DNA from: Candidatus Bathyarchaeota archaeon | GTDB taxonomy: Archaea; Thermoproteota; Bathyarchaeia; Bathyarchaeales; Bathycorpusculaceae | Assembly: GCA_963715865.1 (NCBI GenBank) | Contig: OY970280.1 | Coordinates: 832,001-896,000, forward strand | Reading direction: 5' to 3' | Length of the DNA stretch: 64,000 nt | Program-made: the position numbers and the translations under genes | Notes under the pieces: model-generated | The model's input: only the letters and a program-made list of their open reading frames with translations | Databases searched by the model: none | Told to the model about the DNA's origin: nothing | Shown: one piece after another, positions 56,762 through 64,000 of the stretch | Layout: every line of letters starts with the position of its first letter | Numbering within the stretch: position 1 is the stretch's first letter

Positions 56762-57400
56762 TTACATTTTAATTACTTGAAACTTCTCAGGAAGCTTCTC
56801 TCTTAATGCTTTAACAAAACTGTCTTCCTTTGCATAGGCAGCGTATTTCAATTCACCGCTAATTGAGCTGGGGAGAGGAGCTATAATCATACAGTCCAAA
56901 GGCGAGTTTCTGAAGATCGTTTTCTTGATAAGATCTGGAGAAGCAGAGAGTTCAGTGTAATGACATAAAGCCGCCAAAACAGTATCTATAAAAATGACAA
57001 CTATTTTCTTGAAGCCATTGAAGTCAGAATAGTCTTTTGCTGCTGCATGTTCAATTGCTCTGTCCACATCTCCAGTAAAATCTTCTTCGCCTCTTGTCCT
57101 AATTTGTTGAGTTACCTCTTCATTCTCAGCATATTGTATTGAAGTTATCTCGTACACTATTTTGCAATCGGGGATTTGAAAATCAGGTGTTTTCTTTATT
57201 GATGTTGGTATTTTGGTTGATTTGCCAAACTTGCCCATTATTCGCTTTGCTTCGTTTTCGCGAGTACCATCCATTACTTCACCATCAATATATTTTTGGT
57301 ACTTCTTTTTTCTCTCAGAATTAGCGGGTGTTGGGTTGTAGTAAATATCTTCCAAATCGGGCATATCTTTAGGAAGGAAGTTTTTTACCATATCCAGCAC
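56762..57400 (-). CDS. PD-(D/E)xK-like nuclease candidate
   Basis: 'KTPDFQIPDCKIVYEITSI'. Confidence 0.55.
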   Translation of the reverse strand: MLDMVKNFLPKDMPDLEDIYYNPTPANSERKKKYQKYIDGEVMDGTRENEAKRIMGKFGKSTKIPTSIKKTPDFQIPDCKIVYEITSIQYAENEEVTQQIRTRGEEDFTGDVDRAIEHAAAKDYSDFNGFKKIVVIFIDTVLAALCHYTELSASPDLIKKTIFRNSPLDCMIIAPLPSSISGELKYAAYAKEDSFVKALREKLPEKFQVIKM

Positions 57401-57734
57401 TTACATGCAGTTCCTTTATATGCCTTATCTGCTTGAGCAATTTTTAACATTTTAGCTTTCATTACCAGTTAATGCCAGACTTATCCAGACCTTGTGATGC
57501 TTGCGGTAAGATGATTGGCGGAGGCTTTAAGCACTGCCCAAGATTTCAAATCTACTTCTGCTATACCTGTTGGATTGAGCTAATGTATATTCAAAAGAAG
57601 CTTCCGCTTGAATGCCCTATGTGCGGTGGAAAGCTTATTATTCCTTAAACTACGAGCGCGCTTAAGCAACCAGACTCTCAAGCGTCCATACGAAAACTAC
57701 AAAAGACGTAAATCGCCGATTGGAGTAGTGCTCA

Positions 57735-58184
57735 TTGATATGGATGAAAGGCTTAAAATTAATTCCATTCGTATTAATCTCTTTAGTTTTCACCTTCCTC
57801 GCTCTTGGTGTAGCCTACGGGGAAACAACCTCTACTACAGTTCAAAATGTGCCTTCCGTGAATGATGTAACTACTTCAACAACAACGACTTCCACAACAA
57901 CAACTACATCAACAGTGACTACATTCACTGACTCAAATGGGATAGTACATCATGCCTACAATATATCGGTGTCAGAATTAACCCCCACTATGTTAACATC
58001 GGCTACCGTAACTACATCGAGTGGATTTATAGTACCTGCGCGTGATGCAGACTCAGATCCGTCCCAAGGATACGTTTTCGATTACTTGAATTTTGAATAT
58101 GCAGGTATCATGCTAACAGGGATTATTTCTGCATTACTACTGTTAAATGTACCTCATCCAGTTAAAACCTCAAAAGTAAAGTGA
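57735..58184 (+). CDS. Small surface protein with Thr-rich linker and C-terminal TM
   Basis: Signal peptide, TTSTTTTSTTTTTS tract, C-terminal hydrophobic helix. Confidence 0.78.
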   Translation: MIWMKGLKLIPFVLISLVFTFLALGVAYGETTSTTVQNVPSVNDVTTSTTTTSTTTTTSTVTTFTDSNGIVHHAYNISVSELTPTMLTSATVTTSSGFIVPARDADSDPSQGYVFDYLNFEYAGIMLTGIISALLLLNVPHPVKTSKVK

Positions 58185-58194
58185 ATCGCGCGCA

Positions 58195-58800
58195 TGCTTG
58201 TTCCGAAATTAGTTGGCGAAGTATCTAATGCTTCTCGTTTTGCCAATTTTGTTTGTGTTAACGGCGGCTTGAGCCGTAATCAGCATGATTAGAATGCAAA
58301 GTTGAGAATGAAACGTTAAATTGGTCAAACCTCGCAGATTGTGTTCTTTTAAGCCTGCTAGGTTCTTGAGTCTGCTGAAAACCCGCTCTACAGCCACCCG
58401 TTTCTTGTATGCTGATTTGAATTTTCGTGGTCCGTGACTCCTAAACTTCCGATCAACTCTCAATATGCCTTTAACGCCTTTACTCTGATTCCTCGGATAA
58501 GGAATAACCGGCAACGCTCCACACTCCAATGCTGTTTCCCTCAGATTTGCTGCGCTGTACTGTGAGTCAGCCAAGAGCTTCCTTGGTTTTACGTATTCTG
58601 ATGCTTTCGCAAACAGGCTTATGGAATGTTTCTTCTCGTTCTCGTTTGCCGAAACCACAATCATCGCAATCGGCAGCTCACTTTTGACGTCAACAGCCAA
58701 ATGAAGCCTGTAACCTAAGTCTTTGGATTTGACTGCTCTTCCAATCCTTGATTCAGGATCGCTATAGCCTGTGCGGTCAAGGTTTCGCCTTTTATCTCGG
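58195..58800 (-). mobile_element. 5'-truncated DDE transposase (IS4/IS5-like) with possible right end
   Basis: 'DPESRIG...LGYRLHLAVDV', 'LADSQY', 'YKKRVAVERVFSRLK'; frame hits TGA at ~58810; GCTTGTTCCGAAA just beyond the stop. Confidence 0.85.
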
Positions 58801-58975
58801 CTTTCTCAAAATCACGTAAAAGGTACATTTCAGGGTCTTGCCTCTCCATGATGTTAAGGCGCGGGTTATGTGTCTCTTGTTGGATGATTAGGCGATGAGT
58901 GGTTAACCAGCCTACACCATTTGCCAGCTTGAAGGATAAGATTGTTTTTTCGCCTGGGAAGCCGTCAAATTTCAT
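58715..58975 (-). pseudogene. N-terminal fragment of a PH-like small protein truncated by the IS fragment
   Basis: 'GVGWLTTHRLII' pattern; the 3' part is transposase DNA read out of frame. Confidence 0.5.
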
Positions 58976-59428
58976 AATGCTCTTTTAGTGGCTTACCACT
59001 ATTTTGATTTTTCCCATTTTTATCGACTATCTCTTAACAATCCGTAGGAAAGCATTGCTTTCAAGCGTTTAGCGAAAAGTATTTTGGTTCAATTCCAGGG
59101 CGTAACAGTAAGGGCAGAAAGTGTATAGTCAATCAGGACTAACCGCCAAAGTCGGCTTACTATACTAAGAAAAAAGCCATAGCGCCAAAACATCAAGCAA
59201 TACCTCTTTCTTTTTTAATTTATCTCGAAGGCAAAGTGTTTGTTCGTTTCTTGTCGTAATCACCATCTTTCCGCAAGTTTTATATTTGTCGTCACCATTC
59301 AATTTTCAATATTTTCACTATTTCCAAGGTTTTATAAGTAAGTTGGAGACAGAGAGGGCTCTATTGGGCGAGAGCATTTACGCTTCTTGCTCGATAAAAA
59401 ATAAAATTATAGGAAAGGAAAAACACAA

Positions 59429-62080
59429 ATGAAATTTGCTAAAAACAAAACTATTGCTATTGCAATCGCTATATTCTTAATGCTTTCAATGACAGCTTCA
59501 ATGATGCTAGTTCCGGCTAATGCTCACACACCGGCATGGCAGGTTCCTACATATGCATTCATCAATGTCGCACCTAACCCAATAGGGGTAGGGCAACAAG
59601 TCTCTGTAACATTTTGGCTTGATAAAGTCCCGATCGGTGCAGAAGGGCAATGGGGATCAAGATGGCATAACATGAAAGTAACTGCTAAGGATCCTGACGG
59701 AACCAACACAACAATAGGCACGTTTAACTCTGACCCCAACGGCGGTGCAACAACATATTTCACTCCGACAAAAACAGGCACCTACACTTTCTACTTTGAG
59801 TTCCCAGGACAGATAGCACAAAATGAAAACCCATACCCATACGTAGGATTCATCGGACTTGGACTTGACTACGTCAACGACACTTTCTTACCAAGCAGCG
59901 CCTCCACAACACTTACAGTACAGTCACAAGCAATCTCCTACGCTTATGGAGCATCCCCCCTTCCAACTGCATACTGGACACGTCCAATAAACTCCATGAA
60001 CAGAGAATGGGCACCCATCACTGGCAACTGGCTAGGCCTTGGAGCAACATCCTTTGGCGTAACCGGCATGTACACTGACACTGGAGGAGTAACCTCTGCA
60101 GGAGGAAACTTTGACCCATACTCAACAGCACCAAATAGCGCCCACGTCATGTGGACGCAACCTATAGCGTTCGGCGGTCAGATTGGAGGAGAATTCGGAA
60201 CCGGCGACGCAGCTATCTATGCCACTGGAACAGCTTACGAATGCAAATTCGGCGCCGTAATACTAAACGGAATTCTCTATTATACCGAGTATCCGGGCGC
60301 AGGAACCAACCCATCAGGTCTGAAGGCTGTTGACTTAAGAACTGGCGCAACAGTTTGGGACAAGAACATCACCGACCCGCTAAGATGCGGCATGGTAACA
60401 AACTTCCAAACCGGCGACCAATACGGAGGACACGCATACCTGTTCACTACAAATTCCTATGAAGGATTCGCTGAGCCTTACTCTGCACTCACCGCACCCA
60501 CTACTTGGGGAATGTACGATGCAATGACCGGAGACTGGATACTAAACATTGCAGGTGTACAAGCCTCTGATGATCTTGTAGAAGGTCCAAACGGAGAAAT
60601 ACTATGCTACTACGTTAACAGCTCATCTACAACCGGTGCAGCCTCCCTTAGCATGTGGAATTCATCTTTATGCATCGCGCAAGGCTCCCAGTCAAATCTT
60701 TTCTATCTTACTTACAGCGCTAAAGAAATTTGGCGACCCGTGCAAGGAGCAACTATCCCATGGAGTGCAGGAATCCAATGGAGCGTACCCATCGCGACCA
60801 GTATCAATGGTGTTTCAATGGCTCCATACACTTTAGGCGTAGCAGGGATCGACAACAACACCATACTTATGACCGCGACTACAGGAGGAATATTCGCCGG
60901 ACCACCAGGCGGAGCATCATTAGGCTTCAGATATGATGCAGGTTACAGTACAACAGGTCAACTGCTTTGGGGTCCAGTGAACCGCACGTTAACACCATTC
61001 ACTACACAAGTTCTGTCAGTTGGTGACGGAAAATACGCTGAATACACTCAACAAATGCTGACGTGGACAATGTACGATCTCAAAACTGGAAACAAACTAT
61101 TCACAACGCCACAATCGAATAGTTCCTGGAGCTACTATGACTTCACTGGTCCAAGCACTTTTGGATACGGAAACTTCTACACTTGGGGCTTAGGTGGAAC
61201 AGTATACTGCTACGATGACACTACCGGTCAACTTAAATGGAGTTGGTCCGCTGGAACAGCAGGTCTAGATACCCCATACGGAACCTGGCCTTTAGGTACC
61301 TGGTCAAGTCACCATATCCTTGCAGACGGCAAGCTCTATGTTAGAGCCGGACATGACTACACTCCACCAGTCTTCAAAGGTGCAAAGATTTACTGTATCA
61401 ACGCTACAACTGGAAAAGAAATTTGGGACTCACTTAGCTTCGACATCGTAAGTTCGCCTGCACTCGCAGATGGATACATGGTCTGGGATAACGGCTATGA
61501 CAACCAAATATACTCTTACGGCCAGGGACCAAGCGCATTGACTGTTTCAGCGCCTAGCGTTGGCGTGACAACCTCTACGCCTATAACTATAAGCGGCACC
61601 GTAACCGACATCTCTGCCGGAACAAAACAAGACGCGGTAGCATCGAACTTCCCGAACGGTCTTCCATGCGTTTCTGACGCAAGCATGAGCAGGTGGATGG
61701 AATACGTTTACCAGCAGCAACCATGCCCAACTAATGTGACTGGTGTTCCAGTTACCCTAAGTGTTCTTGACTCAAACGGCAACTACAGACAAATCGGCAA
61801 CACCACAAGTAATGCAGACGGCTTGTTCGCTTATACTTGGACACCTGATATTCCAGGCAGTTACACTGTCATCGCTAACTTTGCAGGTTCAGAATCGTAC
61901 TATCCATCATCCGCTGACGCAGCCTTCTATGCCAGTTCTCCAGCGCCAACAGCATCTCCATATCCAGTGACCGTTTTGCCTCCGACTGAAATGTACATTG
62001 GCGCAGCAGCAGCCGCAATAATAGTTGCAATAGCCATAGTCGGCGTTATAATAGTAATGATGCTTAGGAAGCGACCATAA
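59429..62080 (+). CDS. Large secreted PQQ-like beta-propeller surface protein with C-terminal Ig domain and TM anchor
   Basis: Signal peptide, 'NPIGVGQ', W-containing propeller blades ('LKAVDLRTGATVW', 'CINATTGKEIW'), 'WTPDIPGSYTVIANFAGSESYYPS', TM plus RKRP; TATA TTTTATAA at ~59331. Confidence 0.92.
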   Translation: MKFAKNKTIAIAIAIFLMLSMTASMMLVPANAHTPAWQVPTYAFINVAPNPIGVGQQVSVTFWLDKVPIGAEGQWGSRWHNMKVTAKDPDGTNTTIGTFNSDPNGGATTYFTPTKTGTYTFYFEFPGQIAQNENPYPYVGFIGLGLDYVNDTFLPSSASTTLTVQSQAISYAYGASPLPTAYWTRPINSMNREWAPITGNWLGLGATSFGVTGMYTDTGGVTSAGGNFDPYSTAPNSAHVMWTQPIAFGGQIGGEFGTGDAAIYATGTAYECKFGAVILNGILYYTEYPGAGTNPSGLKAVDLRTGATVWDKNITDPLRCGMVTNFQTGDQYGGHAYLFTTNSYEGFAEPYSALTAPTTWGMYDAMTGDWILNIAGVQASDDLVEGPNGEILCYYVNSSSTTGAASLSMWNSSLCIAQGSQSNLFYLTYSAKEIWRPVQGATIPWSAGIQWSVPIATSINGVSMAPYTLGVAGIDNNTILMTATTGGIFAGPPGGASLGFRYDAGYSTTGQLLWGPVNRTLTPFTTQVLSVGDGKYAEYTQQMLTWTMYDLKTGNKLFTTPQSNSSWSYYDFTGPSTFGYGNFYTWGLGGTVYCYDDTTGQLKWSWSAGTAGLDTPYGTWPLGTWSSHHILADGKLYVRAGHDYTPPVFKGAKIYCINATTGKEIWDSLSFDIVSSPALADGYMVWDNGYDNQIYSYGQGPSALTVSAPSVGVTTSTPITISGTVTDISAGTKQDAVASNFPNGLPCVSDASMSRWMEYVYQQQPCPTNVTGVPVTLSVLDSNGNYRQIGNTTSNADGLFAYTWTPDIPGSYTVIANFAGSESYYPSSADAAFYASSPAPTASPYPVTVLPPTEMYIGAAAAAIIVAIAIVGVIIVMMLRKRP

Positions 62081-62312
62081 AAATGCCAAACAAAATCCAC
62101 TTTCCCCTTTTTTAGTCTCTAGAAAGCAATGGAGAAGAAATGGGCTGAGAAGGCTCTGGTTAAATTAACGATTGACCAATAGCAAATCGAAATAGCATTT
62201 GCATTCTTTTCTCCTAAAGAGTGTTCCAGAGCCTCAGCAAACCCTAAATGCTCAAAGATGTCGCCAATCAGTCATTGTCTTTTTTTAGGAAACATGGTTT
62301 AGTCTTTCCAAG

Positions 62313-62346
62313 TGGCGCCGGGAGAGAGGGATGAAGATTTGAATCC
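62313..62346 (-). repeat. tRNA-3'-like repeat, copy K (Ser-like end)
   Basis: TGGCGCCGGGAGAGGG...TTTGAATCC; reverse complement ends CCCTCTCCCGGCGCCA. Confidence 0.7.
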
Positions 62347-62411
62347 TTGAAGCGTCAAAGGAAAATTCGAATTTAGGTAAATAATTTTTATGTAAGGTTC
62401 CACTAGACTTT

Positions 62412-62437
62412 GGGTTCGGAGCCCAGCGGCCCCGCCA
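62412..62437 (+). repeat. tRNA-3'-like repeat, copy L (opposite orientation)
   Basis: GGGTTCGGAGCCCAGCGGCCCCGCCA. Confidence 0.75.
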
Positions 62438-62501
62438 TTAAGAAAGCGATTTGGCTGACTCTAAAAAACTGTAAGATAAAGATTGCGGCTTGAACCCGTT
62501 T

Positions 62502-62631
62502 GAGAGTGTGTGAAAACTCAAATTTAGTTTTAGAAATTGCAGCTTATATCTAAAAACACGTCCTGGCACCCTACCGAATCGACGTAAAAGTAGCAATTTT
62601 CTGAAATTGAAACTAGTTTTCACACAGTCTC
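62502..62631 (-). mobile_element. MITE copy 2 (130 bp)
   Basis: TIRs GAGAGTGTGTGAAAACT / GAGACTGTGTGAAAACT (16/17), GTTT duplicated at 62498-62501 and 62632-62635, inside CTTGAACCC...GGGTTCAAG. Confidence 0.82.
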
Positions 62632-63197
62632 GTTTGGGTTCAAGTTCGGCTCGGCCCATATTAGACTCAACCCCGAAGCGGTCTGAGTCCCAATTTGTTA
62701 CGCCACTAGAAGTATAGGATTATAAGTACGTACTCGTTTCTTTGAAGGCGGATCATTTTAAGTAGCAAAAGCCACAGGCACAGATATTTAGTTTTTTCAT
62801 GTCTGTCGCCTGCAAATTGAAGACTCTAACTTGCTTATAAAATGAGCCGAAAGCTTATTCCATCTGCAAAAATGATGAATCCTTATACTGCATAGTAAGT
62901 TGCGAAAGTTATAAGGAAGTAGAGCGCGTGTGGTGCATCATATTATCAGAGAGAATATCGCAATTATTTCTAGGGCTATTCCGATGATGTGTAACTGATC
63001 AAACTTGTTGCTTCTCTTTACTGTTTCCATTTTTTCATTTCCCCGTTTTGCTTCTCAGCTGGAATGCCGAGACAAAGCGTACTTTCATCAATGTTGTTTG
63101 GAAAGGTTGTGATTCCTTAGCAAGTTTCGATTCACTTGGAACCTTTCGAGCTCGCTCCCTTAAACTGAAGGTAAAGGGCTGCTGGATTTGAAGAATT

Positions 63198-63521
63198 TTA
63201 GTATTCATCGAATTTTCCTCCTGGCTTTTTGAGCCTGCTGAGCTGAAGCCAGATCGGGACCCTGGCCAAAAACAAATCTACACTTAGCTCGGCGTTTTCC
63301 TTATTCAGAATTTCTTTCAGAGGCGCCCCCTGGGGAAAGGCTTCTTCAACAAAGGCCTTCAGTCTTGAAATCTCCACTTTACCTTTCGCACTATTTGTTC
63401 TTTTAAAATAAACTTCTGTGTTCTTTTTTCTTTTATTTTGGTTCTCAATACTTTGGTTCAAATACGACCCGAAAGATGAATAAGCCACAAAAATCTCTGT
63501 GTATTTAGCTGCTTTACGCAA
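63198..63521 (-). CDS. Small hypothetical protein of plasmid/virus type
   Basis: 'RLKAFVEEAFPQGAPLKEIL...FLARVPIWLQLSRL'; true start probably internal; followed by another SD-led small ORF at 63208. Confidence 0.6.
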   Translation of the reverse strand: MRKAAKYTEIFVAYSSFGSYLNQSIENQNKRKKNTEVYFKRTNSAKGKVEISRLKAFVEEAFPQGAPLKEILNKENAELSVDLFLARVPIWLQLSRLKKPGGKFDEY

Positions 63522-63570
63522 AAAGGGAAAGATTTTAAAGCTAAAAATAGCATAATGCTAATGGGTCTAC

Positions 63571-64000
63571 ATGGGCTACGTTGTGGGAGAACATTACTCG
63601 ATCGACGACAACACATTGTTGGGCATGGCTAAGATGCTCCCTGCAGGAGCCCGTCTGAAGCTGTTTAACGTGCTCTGTGAAGCTGTTGAGAAGCGACCAC
63701 TTGAACGAATATGGCTTGAAACTGGGATCAGAAAAACAGATCTATACAGGTATCTTCCAAAATCCAAATCAAGAAAGGGCGGGCTTGTCCCAAGCCCAAA
63801 AACCACAGTCAAAATAATAAGAGCATTACTAAGGTGCAGCAGGACTGAGACCGTAGTAAGAATACTCGACCAAGCTGAAAGCGAAATGCGAAACAGTTAC
63901 CTTACGTATTTCAAATGGAAACGATCTCTAAGAAGGCGCAATGTTATCTTCAACCCATGGTCACCAAGTGAAATGGACAGAATCAACAAATCAATGTATT
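63571..64000 (+). CDS. HTH (XRE-like) protein, runs off the right edge
   Basis: Hand translation from ATG 63571 open to the end: 'LERIWLETGIRKTDLYRYL...VPSPKTTVKIIRALL'. Confidence 0.7.
   Translation, partial: MGYVVGEHYSIDDNTLLGMAKMLPAGARLKLFNVLCEAVEKRPLERIWLETGIRKTDLYRYLPKSKSRKGGLVPSPKTTVKIIRALLRCSRTETVVRILDQAESEMRNSYLTYFKWKRSLRRRNVIFNPWSPSEMDRINKSMY

Noticed and set aside
172-62089. Many 60-175-aa ORFs antisense to or nested in well-supported genes (e.g. 3774..4181, 12635..13099, 29936..30310, 43450..43974)
   Set aside because: Shadow frames of real genes, with no motifs or independent start signals.
35656-62437. Functional tRNA genes at the GGGTTC(A/G)AATCCC-like motifs
   Set aside because: Only the T-arm and 3' acceptor strand are present; no D-arm, anticodon arm or 5' acceptor strand could be folded.
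35655-62659. ORFs 35655..35921, 47162..47509, 54157..54357, 55716..55964 and 62438..62659, which share peptide similarity
   Set aside because: They are translations of the tRNA-like repeats and MITEs, not protein paralogues.
1-64000. CRISPR array
   Set aside because: No regularly spaced 24-40-bp repeats with unique spacers and no cas genes; the tRNA-like repeats are irregular and degenerate.

Overview
Archaeal chromosome segment, probably Candidatus Bathyarchaeia. This is inferred from fwdDBAC, TFS, TrmB, class III signal-peptide pilins and C-terminally anchored beta-propeller/Ig surface proteins. Left half (1-35.5 kb), mostly resident genes: GNAT, a MoxR AAA/vWA/TrmB trio, a type IV pilus locus with three tandem major pilins built of constant and hypervariable blocks, mobB-mobA-fdhD and fwdDBAC (split by a ~5 kb AT-rich insert), an M50-CBS protease and a ~177-nt nested fold-back. 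Right half (35.6-64 kb): an accretion zone of stress genes (several frameshifted), a virus-like MoxR/HExxH relic, defence-like single-gene cassettes, IS and methylase relics, a large PQQ-type surface protein and the edge of a probable integrated element. The most striking unexplained structure is a dispersed family of at least 11 tRNA-3'-end-like repeats. Most are followed by a short hairpin whose arms co-vary. They cluster between cassette blocks and are targeted at the hairpin loop by a ~130-bp MITE with 4-bp target duplications. I found no complete tRNA/rRNA, CRISPR array, integrase or reverse transcriptase. All family assignments come from motif recognition by eye, not database searches.
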